DNA of 64,000 nucleotides from a virus (taxonomy: Duplodnaviria > Caudoviricetes). The stretch is from the IMG/VR virus record IMGVR_UViG_3300035661_000004, one strand, 5' to 3'. The position numbers and the translations under genes were made by a program. Shown in pieces: positions 1-8,562 of the stretch (positions within the stretch are counted from its first letter, which is position 1; every line of letters begins with the position of its first letter). The notes beneath the pieces were generated by a model, which saw only the letters and a program-made list of their open reading frames with translations, made no database searches and was not told the DNA's origin.

Positions 1-225
1 GCCGAGCTGGCCAACGATGGCCTTGACGGTCCGACCGAGCTTCTTGGCCATGTCAGCCGGCGTCTCGTTTGCAACGATCAGCTTGGCAAAAGCCTTCAGG
101 TCGGCGGGTGACCAGGCCTTGCGGGTCGAGCCTGCAGCGTAGTTGGCGCCGCCGTTGACGGCGGATGCTGGCTGCGGCTTGTTGCCGGTGGGGAAGGGCC
201 ATGCTCTAGGTGGGAGTGCGCTCAT
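1..225 (-). CDS. Small HTH protein (Myb/GcrA-N-like), runs off the window edge
   Basis: Hand translation from ATG at 225: MSALPPRAWPFPTG...AWSPADLKAFAKLIVANETPADMAKKLGRTVKAIVGQLG. The W-S/T...A..LGRT..AI.G pattern is typical of Myb/GcrA-type HTH domains. Confidence 0.55.
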   Translation of the reverse strand, partial: MSALPPRAWPFPTGNKPQPASAVNGGANYAAGSTRKAWSPADLKAFAKLIVANETPADMAKKLGRTVKAIVGQLG

Positions 226-239
226 GATGTGTGCTCCCC

Positions 240-545
240 TTATTCCGAGGTGATGCCAAGGCCGACGGCCAGATCCTTGGCCTCTTCCAGCTTCTTGATC
301 TTAGCGTCGATGCTGCCGTTATCCAGGCGCTCGCGCACCAGTTCGCCCAGCACTTGCGATGGGATGGCGAGAGCGGATTCGGCTTCGCCCTTGATGTCCT
401 TGATCGCTTCGCGCTCGGACTTGATCTTGCCCTCACAGAGGACGATCTCGTCGATGAAGCCGAGCAGCTGCTTCTTGGTCACTTCGTTGGCCATCACGCT
501 GGCCAAGGAGAATTCGGGCTTCTTGCCTGTCAGGTCTTTTGTCAT
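240..545 (-). CDS. dsDNA-binding protein, T4 DsbA / GapR-like
   Basis: 101 aa. KQLLGFIDEIVLCEGKIKSEREAIKDIKGEAESALAIPSQVLGELVRER resembles the DsbA/GapR helical pattern. Confidence 0.6.
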   Translation of the reverse strand: MTKDLTGKKPEFSLASVMANEVTKKQLLGFIDEIVLCEGKIKSEREAIKDIKGEAESALAIPSQVLGELVRERLDNGSIDAKIKKLEEAKDLAVGLGITSE

Positions 546-637
546 TTATGAATGGTCTCGATGAAGCCGTAACGATACGGCAAGATGGATTCTATTCAAA
601 ATGCACCTAAACCGCATTTATTCAAATGCAATTTGCC

Positions 638-1153
638 TTAGTGCACCACGGAGGAGTTGATGTCGATGTACATCTTGCCTTCAGGTACCTCGATGTAGTC
701 CTCGAACTCATGGATGATGTAGCGAAAGATCATCGCGTGCTCATCATTGATGATCGGCGGCGCCTCTTCATCAAACTCTTCGGTCGTGTATGTCATTCGC
801 ACGACCTCGTCATCGCCCCAAGTGTCGAGGTAGTCGGTGAACTCTGGGTTCTCCTTCTTGAACTTTTCAAGGTCCTCGGCGGAATTCGAGTGCATCGGGT
901 TGGTCTCGTTGATAGACGTGACCGCGTTTTTCGACTTGCTGATCTTCAGCAGCTCAACCTTGCGGTTAAGGTCGGTGTGGAGCGCCTCGAGGCAGGCAGC
1001 CGAATCATTGAAGAGACGGCTGTTGACATTCAGCTCGGTGATGTCATCACCTGCGATGTCTACGATTGTACCTTTAAGGTGCTCGCGGATATGAGGATTT
1101 TCGAGGTTGATCTCGAAGCTGTAGTAGTAGTTACGCACTGTGGCCTCCTGCAA
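638..1153 (-). CDS. Hypothetical acidic protein
   Basis: 171-aa ORF with phage-like codon usage, co-oriented with its neighbours. No motif recognised. Confidence 0.7.
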   Translation of the reverse strand: MQEATVRNYYYSFEINLENPHIREHLKGTIVDIAGDDITELNVNSRLFNDSAACLEALHTDLNRKVELLKISKSKNAVTSINETNPMHSNSAEDLEKFKKENPEFTDYLDTWGDDEVVRMTYTTEEFDEEAPPIINDEHAMIFRYIIHEFEDYIEVPEGKMYIDINSSVVH

Positions 1154-1168
1154 GCTGCTCGAGACTAT

Positions 1169-2362
1169 TTATGCGGGTCCGATGATGAAGGCTTTTTCGT
1201 TCCGCTCTACTAGCAGGTTGACAATGTCTGCAGCCTGAGTGCTAACAGCGACCGCTGGCATCGCTGTCAACGCTAACGGTCGAGCTTGAGGCTGAAGCGT
1301 CGCTCCGTCAATGACTAGCTCCATACTGCCGGTCTCTCCATTAACAGCAAAGCTCACAGAGAACCCTTCAGCCGTCAACGTTGTTGTGGGCACGGTGGCT
1401 GTCAGGCGCTTGTCTTCAAACGCATAGGGTGCGCGGGCAAGCAGGAAGCTACCGGTGCTTGAGATGACGTAAGTGGTGCCGTTCTCATCAGCCGCTTCGA
1501 AGCGTACCAAGCCGTAGGTCCGGGTTCGATCAAGAGCGCCTAGGTCGATGCAATAGAGCGGAGTATGGGCGCCGACGCGTAACGTGTTGCCCCAAGCACC
1601 TGTGGACCGTGTAGCATCAAGCTGAGGCAGGATACTGAATGCAAGCTTGAGAGCTTGGTCCTCATTGAAGAACTGGGTCAGCGACTTGTAGACAAAGACT
1701 TCGATGAGAAGAGAAGGGCCTTCAAGCTGAGGAGAGAAGGTAATCGTGCCTGCCGCAGCCGAGTACAGCGTCGAGTCAAGCAGCGCGCCGTTGACAAGTA
1801 CGCGCACGTTGCTGGTGCTGTCAAAAGTCAGGAGGTTTCGGTTGGCGGAGTCATCCTTGCCCTGCACATACACGCAGCTGTCAGTTCGGCTGTAGGTGTA
1901 GCGCTTGTACTCAAGAGCCGCCGGCGTCAGCTCGAAAAGCACGGCCTTTACTTCGAGCGCCGCAGGTTGTACGGCATCGCTAGCACAGCGAGCGAGCACG
2001 CGCTCGAAGCCTACCGAGTCGTTGATGTAGAAGAGGCGCTGGGAGCCGCTAAGCTTTGACCTGACAAGCGAGAGAGTTAAGCCTCCACCGCTAAAGGATG
2101 CGAGGCTTACTTTGTCAAGGGGCTTCTCCGCGGCCGCGGCCACCCGGGCGGTGCCGCGCTTAACCCGATCGAGGAGGCCGATGACGGTTGGGGTGTTGAC
2201 AGGCCTGAGGCCGAACCTAGTGCCTGCCAAGGATAGCTTGCCAGCGCACTGGTCGGTGATGACACAGCGTAAGGGGTCTGGCCGAGTTGGGTCCGCCAGC
2301 CGTTCAATGCTGCGATCGCACGTGTCACACGTGTACTTATAGATGCGGTTGTTGAGGGCCAT
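1169..2362 (-). CDS. Putative virion structural protein with N-terminal Zn-ribbon
   Basis: 397 aa with CDTC...C...C at the N-terminus and a beta-rich body. TAAATA late motif 4 nt before the ATG. Confidence 0.6.
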   Translation of the reverse strand: MALNNRIYKYTCDTCDRSIERLADPTRPDPLRCVITDQCAGKLSLAGTRFGLRPVNTPTVIGLLDRVKRGTARVAAAAEKPLDKVSLASFSGGGLTLSLVRSKLSGSQRLFYINDSVGFERVLARCASDAVQPAALEVKAVLFELTPAALEYKRYTYSRTDSCVYVQGKDDSANRNLLTFDSTSNVRVLVNGALLDSTLYSAAAGTITFSPQLEGPSLLIEVFVYKSLTQFFNEDQALKLAFSILPQLDATRSTGAWGNTLRVGAHTPLYCIDLGALDRTRTYGLVRFEAADENGTTYVISSTGSFLLARAPYAFEDKRLTATVPTTTLTAEGFSVSFAVNGETGSMELVIDGATLQPQARPLALTAMPAVAVSTQAADIVNLLVERNEKAFIIGPA

Positions 2363-2366
2363 GACA

Positions 2367-2372
2367 TATTTA
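2367..2372 (-). promoter_or_regulatory. Late promoter TAAATA
   Basis: TAAATA-tgtc-ATG(2362). Confidence 0.65.
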
Positions 2373-2418
2373 TCATAGCGCTAACTGCTATATACATAAT
2401 AACTTCTAACGCATACTT

Positions 2419-3099
2419 ATGAACTACAGCATCATCTATCAAAATTTGATCAAGCGAGGACAACAGCGTAAATCTTCAGACGTTGAAGGTGAGCGTCATC
2501 ACATTGTACCAAGATGCATGGGTGGTAGTGATGCGAAAGTAAACTTGGTCAAGCTTCCTTACAGAGAGCATTTGTTCGCACATCGACTGTTGTGCCGCAT
2601 TTATCCAATGCATCATGGATTAGCTCAAGCAGTAGCTCGCATTCAACGAAAGTATAAAGTGACTGGCAAGGAGCAATACAAATTATACGAAGCCGATCGC
2701 CGACGGGTGGCTGTGATGCTAAGCCTTGTTCACAAAGGTAAGACGTTATCAGACGAGCATAAGGCTCGTATCAGTCAATTTCATAAAGGTCGTAAGCAGC
2801 CTTCGCGTGCTGCGGAACATTCTCAAAAGCTTGGTGAAGCTCACAGAGGAATTCCATGTCCTCAACATGTCAAGGACGCAGTTGCTAGGGCAGCTACCGG
2901 TAGAATTAAGTCAGAAGAAGAGCGCGCTAAGATAAGCGCTGCTCAAAAAGGAAAAGTTGTGGCTCCAAATGCTCGCGCCCTCATGAGTGTTAGCTCAAAA
3001 GGGCGCGTATGGGTGCACAATGAAGAGAAAACTAAGCGCGTCAAACAAGATGAGCTAGAGCTGTATCTTGCTAATGGCTTCAGTTTAGGACGATGCTGA
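2419..3099 (+). CDS. HNH homing endonuclease with NUMOD3-type repeats
   Basis: ERHHIVPRCMGGSDAKVNLVKLPYREHLFAH HNH core, followed by KGKTLSDEHKARIS-type repeats. AT-richer than its flanks. Confidence 0.9.
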   Translation: MNYSIIYQNLIKRGQQRKSSDVEGERHHIVPRCMGGSDAKVNLVKLPYREHLFAHRLLCRIYPMHHGLAQAVARIQRKYKVTGKEQYKLYEADRRRVAVMLSLVHKGKTLSDEHKARISQFHKGRKQPSRAAEHSQKLGEAHRGIPCPQHVKDAVARAATGRIKSEEERAKISAAQKGKVVAPNARALMSVSSKGRVWVHNEEKTKRVKQDELELYLANGFSLGRC

Positions 3100-3675
3100 T
3101 ACAGCAAGTCCTGTCAAGAAATAATCTCGGATTTGCCTTAGAGATTCCAACGTGTAAATGATATCCTCTAAGGCATCATGTTTCCCGCGCGGCGGCAGGC
3201 CTACCGCGTCAAACAGATCATCGGACTTGGTCATCCCCAACATGACCAAGCCAAAGGCGGCCGTGTCGAGCTTGATGGGGTCATACTTGAAAGCAAAGCC
3301 GATCGAGTCAAACAGCTGGTCAAGGAAAGCGATGTCAAAGTGCGGGCGGTGGCCGAGAACAACGACATTCTCGGTGCCCATGTACTTGTGGACCATCAGA
3401 GCTAGCTGCTCTGCGGCTTCGGCTTGCGTGACGCCGTGCTTGCTGAGGTAGTCACGAGTCAGGCCGTGGATTTTCTCAGCGGTGTCCTCCCACGCGTACT
3501 TCGGGTCATACTTGATCTCGCAGTACAGCGTGTCAACAACAGTCAGCCGCTCGATGTCGAAGATCAGCGCGCCGAAGGAGACGCCTTGATGCCGTTCGGC
3601 ATAGTGCGGGAGGGAGTACCCGGTGGTCTCGAAGTCAATCGCGAGCCCGAACTTGGGGATAGGATGTGATGCCAT
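3085..3675 (-). CDS. DEDDh 3'-5' exonuclease (DnaQ-like)
   Basis: ExoI IDFETTG, ExoII GHRPHFDIAFL, ExoIII HDALED. Confidence 0.9.
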   Translation of the reverse strand: MASHPIPKFGLAIDFETTGYSLPHYAERHQGVSFGALIFDIERLTVVDTLYCEIKYDPKYAWEDTAEKIHGLTRDYLSKHGVTQAEAAEQLALMVHKYMGTENVVVLGHRPHFDIAFLDQLFDSIGFAFKYDPIKLDTAAFGLVMLGMTKSDDLFDAVGLPPRGKHDALEDIIYTLESLRQIRDYFLTGLAVSASS

Positions 3676-3686
3676 AAAATTAGGAG

Positions 3687-3706
3687 GGGGCGACCGAAGC
3701 CGCCCC
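3687..3706 (-). terminator. Intrinsic terminator-like hairpin
   Basis: Minus strand GGGGCGGC-UUCG-GUCGCCCC followed by CTCCTAATTTT, just after ORF 3714..3983. Confidence 0.65.
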
Positions 3707-3713
3707 GTAGAGG

Positions 3714-3983
3714 TTACCGAGCGCGGGGCGCCTGGTCGTCGTCAGCCCGAATGGTCTGCGCGAGCGCATTGCAAACATTGGCGACACGATCGAAGAGCTT
3801 GCCCGAAAGATACGGCGGGCAGCCTTCGAGCTCACGCACCGCATAGCAGAACTCAACTTCGAATTCATGCCGGCGGGTGCCGTGGCTGTTGTTCGCTCCA
3901 AGCCTTCCGATTAAGCGCGCAAACTTCTCGCGCAGTGACCGGAGAGCCTCATCTTGGTTGAACGTAGGTTGGGAGGACTGCAT
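3714..3983 (-). CDS. Hypothetical protein
   Basis: 89-aa ORF between a promoter-like sequence and a terminator hairpin. Confidence 0.6.
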   Translation of the reverse strand: MQSSQPTFNQDEALRSLREKFARLIGRLGANNSHGTRRHEFEVEFCYAVRELEGCPPYLSGKLFDRVANVCNALAQTIRADDDQAPRAR

Positions 3984-4042
3984 GAAAGCCTAGGGTCAAT
4001 ATCTCAGAGTGATGAGCTCATCGTATCAACGAGCACAAAATC

Positions 4043-4072
4043 ATTATACACTATTTTGCCGCCGACCTACAA
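4043..4072 (-). promoter_or_regulatory. Possible sigma70-type promoter
   Basis: TTGTAG-18 nt-TATAAT on the minus strand, upstream of 3983. Confidence 0.35.
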
Positions 4073-4645
4073 ATTGTCACCATGCCAAGCAATCATCGAG
4101 TTGTACTGACCAACTTTATTACACTTTGAACAGACGTACTTAGGTCGGTTTAAAGCCGCTTGCGCGTACTTTGGAGAATCTTTTGGAAGGCCTTTGCCGC
4201 CTGCACCTCCAGCGGCTGCTCGACGCGATCGCTCAACGGTGTATGCTTTGTCATCAAGACATGCTTTATATGAACTACAACGTCAGGAGATACCGAACCG
4301 TGGGTTGTCTGATCCTCGCAAAGCATTGCGGCGCCGGCTTTCACGTGCTTCTTCGGATATTGGACCGGCACCGCCGCCGCGGCCACCTTTACACTGGTTC
4401 CATCCCATGAAGTTGTCAGGCCTGAGCTCTTCCTCTTTGGCATAGGCTTCTGCAGCTGTAGAATAGCTAAACAGTAGATGTATGCTCTCGGAAGTCAAGC
4501 CTAGGGCCCGAATAGCTTTGCCGATGATTCGGTTACCACGTTGATGATCCTTGAAACGCTCGACGAGCTCTTGCTTAGTCACGCCAATATAGCCTCTTGT
4601 AAGGCTATTGTCTCGAGGATCAACAATGTGGTAGACGTAGTACAT
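4067..4645 (-). pseudogene. GIY-YIG homing endonuclease interrupted by an in-frame TGA
   Basis: YYVYHI...GYIGVT N-terminus and a TGA at 4283-4285. The same frame continues for 71 codons, ending KYVCSKCNKVGQYNSMIAWHGDN, a typical endonuclease C-terminal Zn-finger-like tail. Confidence 0.75.
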
Positions 4646-5400
4646 TAGCTAGAAGATAGCAAGCTTCCAGGACCCTTGATCAAACGGCCTGGGCCTTCAG
4701 TGACCCTTCGCGTCGGAGCTGCTGGATCCAGCTCTAAGTAGTTGAGCATATCTTCGATTAGCGGATTTCGTACGGTAGCAGCGCCGCCGAAGTCAACGAC
4801 GCTGATGTGCTCGTTGCGACCAACCAATCGATCTGCTGCCCATTTAAGACCATTCGGCACCTTCAGGTCAGATTGAGCCGTATCACCAGTGATCACCATC
4901 TTCGAGTCATAGCCCAAGCGCGTCAAGAACATCATCATTTGCTCTTGAGTGCAGTTCTGCGCTTCGTCAAGCAGCACAAAGGACTCGTTGATTGACCGAC
5001 CGCGCATGTACGCCAGCGGAATGATCTCAACTTGACCGTTGTTGAGGAGCTCCTTTGCCTTGGTCGGGCCCACATGGTCCTCGATCGCGTCGAGCAGCGG
5101 GAGGATGTACGGGTGGATCTTCTCAAGCATGTCGCCGGGGAGGTAGCCGATATCCTCCGTAGCAACGATCGGACGGGTCAGGATGATACGACGAACGTCA
5201 CCTTCAAGCAGTGCTTTCAGGGCATAGTACGCAGCGATGTAGGTCTTACCCGTGCCAGCTTTGCCGAAGCAAAATGTCACCGTTGACTCCTGCAGCATAT
5301 CAGCATAATGCTGCTGGGCCGAATTCTTCAGGGTCAGCTTGTTGACATAGGTGCCAGGCTTCTTGACGGTAGACTCATCGTTATAGCGTTTACGGCTCAT
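4645..5400 (-). CDS. phoH: PhoH-like ATPase
   Basis: GKAGTGKT Walker A, GYLPGD, LAYMRGRS, LLDEAQN, VITGDTAQSD. Confidence 0.95.
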   Translation of the reverse strand: MSRKRYNDESTVKKPGTYVNKLTLKNSAQQHYADMLQESTVTFCFGKAGTGKTYIAAYYALKALLEGDVRRIILTRPIVATEDIGYLPGDMLEKIHPYILPLLDAIEDHVGPTKAKELLNNGQVEIIPLAYMRGRSINESFVLLDEAQNCTQEQMMMFLTRLGYDSKMVITGDTAQSDLKVPNGLKWAADRLVGRNEHISVVDFGGAATVRNPLIEDMLNYLELDPAAPTRRVTEGPGRLIKGPGSLLSSS

Positions 5401-5456
5401 TGTTGTTGTTCCAAGGGTTTTGAGGTTAAGCGGCGGATGCCGTCTGGGATGGAAGT

Positions 5457-5496
5457 AAAAACGGCTCCGAAGGCGGGTTAAGCCTTAGGAGCCGTT
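5457..5496 (-). terminator. Intrinsic terminator
   Basis: AACGGCTCC/GGAGCCGTT stem with an inner AAGGC/GCCTT stem, followed by TTTTT on the minus strand. Confidence 0.75.
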
Positions 5497-5520
5497 GAGG
5501 GAAATGACAGCAAAAGAGAA

Positions 5521-5907
5521 TTAGTCGTTAGCTTCGCGCTTTGTTGCCCACTGAATCCACAGCAGGGTTTCTTGAGTCGGGTTGACGTAGCTGTACAGGA
5601 GGTCTTGGTCCTTGATTTCCGCAAGCTCTAGCATCTTCTTCGCCAGCTCAACCTGCTCTTCAGGCTTCATGCCGCGCAGTTGCGCGAGCAGCTCGCCGGA
5701 AGTTGAGAGGAACGGGTCGTAGAAGTTGTTGGTCTTATACAAGTAGCCGTTCTTGAAGAACTCGATCAAGCGAGCCAGCACGATGAACTGCATGGTCTCA
5801 CGAGCCTGGCCGCCCTTGATGATGTTTTGCAGTGACATGAGCACGTTCGGGTCTACACGACCTTCAGCGATCAAACGCTTGCCTTGGTACAGGTTGTTGA
5901 GCTTCAT
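5521..5907 (-). CDS. Hypothetical protein, possible head protein
   Basis: 128 aa starting MKLNNLYQGKRLIAE (I-A-E resembles a T4 prohead protease site). TAAATA at 5929-5934. Confidence 0.7.
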   Translation of the reverse strand: MKLNNLYQGKRLIAEGRVDPNVLMSLQNIIKGGQARETMQFIVLARLIEFFKNGYLYKTNNFYDPFLSTSGELLAQLRGMKPEEQVELAKKMLELAEIKDQDLLYSYVNPTQETLLWIQWATKREAND

Positions 5908-5939
5908 TAGGTGGTTACCTTCTGAAGCTATTTACCACC

Positions 5940-6287
5940 CTAATTGATTTCAATCTGGAAAGAGAATTGATCCTGCTTCCATTCAAGCAGTTTTACGATG
6001 GCACCCTCTGCCATGGCAGAGCTGCGTCGATACTTCATTGAGCCGTACTGCTCATCGCCTTTACGAGGGCCATAGCATACGACTACGATGCAGTCATCAA
6101 CGCGATCATAGATGGTGAGGATCAAGGTCTGAACAACCATTGGGTTTGAGTCCTCAAACTTGGCTTGGAAGCAAGCAACAGCCGGTATAGCCGATGCGAG
6201 CTTCATTTCATCATCAATCCCGATCTGCTGAAACTTCAAGAAGAGTTGACGGCACTCGCTCTTAAACCCACTCTTCATAGCCTGCAT
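5940..6287 (-). CDS. Small QQ-helix family protein
   Basis: 115 aa containing QLFLKFQQIGIDD. Start codon uncertain. Confidence 0.6.
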   Translation of the reverse strand: MQAMKSGFKSECRQLFLKFQQIGIDDEMKLASAIPAVACFQAKFEDSNPMVVQTLILTIYDRVDDCIVVVCYGPRKGDEQYGSMKYRRSSAMAEGAIVKLLEWKQDQFSFQIEIN

Positions 6288-6984
6288 CGATTAGCTCCTG
6301 CTCTAAGCGAAGAACACCTGCTCGATTGCGTAACGCAACCTTCAGGCGGGGGATGAAGAAGTCCTTTAGCTCCTCAACCTGCTTCTCATCAAGGATCTCA
6401 GGCGCGCAGGTGAATGCGAGACTTTGGAGCTGAGGGAAGAACGCCAGTCTAGGCAAGCATGTGGGCTTTTCAAGGTAGCCCAAGTTGATAGTTTCTGCCG
6501 CGCTGCCCGCAGCGTGCTTGGGGTCAACACGCTGGGCAAGCTGCTCATTGAGCACCAACGCAGAAACTCGACGAGGACAGCCGTTCCAGCTAGGGATAGC
6601 TGATGATGAGACGTTAATGAAGTCGACGACTTCAGGAAATCCCTCAAAGGAGATGATGTCAGGGTTGGTCCAGACAGCGCCGCTGACAATCTTGAAGTTG
6701 ACAGGGAGACGGTTGTAGGGCTTCAGGCGTTGAGGCAATGCCTGAGCGTTGACATTACCCGCTAATGAGACACGTCCATCATCACCAACTGTGTGATTGG
6801 TGTAGGTGAGGAAAAAGGGACTGCCGCTCTTAGCATCGAAGGCAAGCTGCTTCTCAACCCAAGCAGCAACTGCTGCTGGGTCTGAGAGGTTATCGACGGC
6901 CGCTATTAGCTCAACAGGCGGCGCATCATGCGAGGACGGAAGGGGCATCTGGTGGCGTTTCCCAGGGATCCCGAATGATATCAC
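6262..6984 (-). CDS. LRR-like phage protein with C-terminal QELIDAG helix
   Basis: SFEGFPEVVDFINVSSSAIPSWNGCPRRV is LRR-like, and the protein ends VLRLEQELIDAGYEEWV. The true start is probably near 6927 (MMRRL(F)ELIAA) with a lost T, since the listed start overlaps clpP by 59 nt. Confidence 0.65.
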   Translation of the reverse strand: MISFGIPGKRHQMPLPSSHDAPPVELIAAVDNLSDPAAVAAWVEKQLAFDAKSGSPFFLTYTNHTVGDDGRVSLAGNVNAQALPQRLKPYNRLPVNFKIVSGAVWTNPDIISFEGFPEVVDFINVSSSAIPSWNGCPRRVSALVLNEQLAQRVDPKHAAGSAAETINLGYLEKPTCLPRLAFFPQLQSLAFTCAPEILDEKQVEELKDFFIPRLKVALRNRAGVLRLEQELIDAGYEEWV

Positions 6985-7582
6985 ATAACCCTAGCTCCAA
7001 CGCCTCTTGTGCGGTGATCCAGCGGTCTGTGGGCGACAGTAGAATGTCCTTAACTTGCTGCTCTGTCATCTTGGTCCGCTTGACGAAGTGGTCAACGAAC
7101 CGCTTGTGCATGATGTCTTGAGTCTTGCGCATCGCGATGAAGTCATGGTACGTGCCCTCGACGCCTTCACTGAAGTGGTGCGTCATGATGAACGCGTTCC
7201 GTGACATGATCCGCTTACCTGGCGTGCCTGAGACAAACATCAAGGCGGCCATCGAGCAGATTGCACCGATGCCGACGGTCTGAATCTCCAAACGGCTTAC
7301 TTCCATGGCATCGATAGCCGCAAAGCCCGCATGCACGTCGCCGCCGTATGAGTTGATCAGCAGAGACAAGGTCGTGTCCGTGCTAAAGACGAAGTTGGAC
7401 TTGATCAAGAACTCGACCAGGTCTCGCGATGAATCTTGAGTCACGTCATCGAAGTACATGTATGTGGCGTAAGATGCCAGCGAGAACATGTCAATCGGCG
7501 ACACGCATGCCATCGAAGCCAGGTCCGAAGTAGCGAGCTCCTCGGCCGCTGCTTTCTTCATTCGACGTTGGGAGATTTTCAT
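6926..7582 (-). CDS. clpP: ClpP-like serine protease
   Basis: INSYGGDVHAGFAAIDAM, GAICSMAA (catalytic Ser), IMTHH (His), RWITAQEALELGLCD. Confidence 0.9.
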   Translation of the reverse strand: MKISQRRMKKAAAEELATSDLASMACVSPIDMFSLASYATYMYFDDVTQDSSRDLVEFLIKSNFVFSTDTTLSLLINSYGGDVHAGFAAIDAMEVSRLEIQTVGIGAICSMAALMFVSGTPGKRIMSRNAFIMTHHFSEGVEGTYHDFIAMRKTQDIMHKRFVDHFVKRTKMTEQQVKDILLSPTDRWITAQEALELGLCDIIRDPWETPPDAPSVLA

Positions 7583-7603
7583 TTAAGCTCGTTGATTGAT
7601 GGG

Positions 7604-8203
7604 TTACCTGTCAACCGAGAGGAAGATTGTATCATGGTCTCGCACCTTTGATCCGATCTTTCCGTGCTCGATTGTAATATGGTAGAGCAATGTCTCGTGC
7701 TCTACGCCCTTCTCAAGGGCGGTGAGGCAAAGCCTCACAGAGCGTGCGTCACGCTTGACGCAGAAGTCGGTTCGAGCCTGGCCCGACTTCTCATGGATGA
7801 ACACCTCGGACCACGTGTCGATGACGGTCTTGAACGTGTCAGCTGCAGCGTCAAACAGCTTTTCGCGCGCCACTGCACGGTCAGCGTCGCTCAGCAACAG
7901 CGGTAGCTTAACTGTTGGGCTTACCTGCTTGACTCGGCCTGTTTCAGCCGTAGTATAGAGCTTGGTAGAAACATCGCTGACAGCAATGTCAGTCAACGCT
8001 TTAGGGTTCTTGAAGACAGCATCCTCAGCTTGCGCCTTGTCTACAGAGAGCTTGAGCGACCGGGTGGCTTGCTTCCAGGCCCTTAGCAGCTCCCGCTGCA
8101 AGTCCTTGGTCACGTGATGCTTGACGTTATCGAAGCGATGAAGGGCAAGCACACTGCGCGCCTTCAAGCCTTCGGTGATGATAAAAGTTGCTAAGCCGCT
8201 CAC
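7604..8203 (-). CDS. Hypothetical late protein
   Basis: 199 aa with a GTG start 5 nt after TAAATA (8209-8214). Confidence 0.7.
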   Translation of the reverse strand: MSGLATFIITEGLKARSVLALHRFDNVKHHVTKDLQRELLRAWKQATRSLKLSVDKAQAEDAVFKNPKALTDIAVSDVSTKLYTTAETGRVKQVSPTVKLPLLLSDADRAVAREKLFDAAADTFKTVIDTWSEVFIHEKSGQARTDFCVKRDARSVRLCLTALEKGVEHETLLYHITIEHGKIGSKVRDHDTIFLSVDR

Positions 8204-8208
8204 TCAGC

Positions 8209-8214
8209 TATTTA
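8209..8214 (-). promoter_or_regulatory. Late promoter TAAATA
   Basis: TAAATA-gctga-GTG(8203). Confidence 0.65.
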
Positions 8215-8549
8215 TGCGGACCAGGAATGTTTGCTTCATTGATGTATCGAAGCACGTCCTCTGGCGTAGTTGAGGTGTACTCGACCGCGTAATCCTTGTC
8301 AACGTCGTCGACGTGAGCCATGGGTGCACCTTTACTTGGTACATGTGCCCATAGTGCACAAAGATCAGCGCCCACAGAGGCTTATTGTTGACAGTCTTGA
8401 GCTTGACATCACCTGATGTCCGTGAAGAAGGCATCTTCTATACAAAGGATCATAGTAAGGAGATCGCTATTCACACATGTGATGCTGCGTTGGGACATGC
8501 AAAGGACATGTAGCGACAACTCAGTTTTGCACAGATTCCTCCGCAATCC

Positions 8550-8555
8550 TAAATA
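8550..8555 (+). promoter_or_regulatory. Late promoter TAAATA
   Basis: TAAATA-gcctcat-ATG(8563). Confidence 0.65.
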
Positions 8556-8562
8556 GCCTCAT

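Larger units (their letters stand above)
8204..8562 (-). pseudogene. Multiply frameshifted small protein (MRLFRIAEE...)
   Basis: Protein-like segments in alternating frames: MRLFRIAEESV, SDLLTMILCIEDAFFTDI, GDVKLKTVNNKPLWALIFVHYGHMYQVKVHP, AHVDDVDKDYAVEYTSTTPEDVLRYINEANIPGPHK*. Confidence 0.4.

Noticed and set aside
566-632. Hairpin GCCGTA/TACGGC and twice-repeated TGCATTT(T)GAATA upstream of the DsbA-like gene
   Set aside because: It could be a terminator and an operator, but there are only two copies and no matching sites were noticed elsewhere.
4283-4285. Genome-wide stop-codon reassignment or selenocysteine
   Set aside because: TGA, TAG and TAA all end well-defined genes elsewhere, often in ATGA overlaps, and long ORFs are intact under the standard code.
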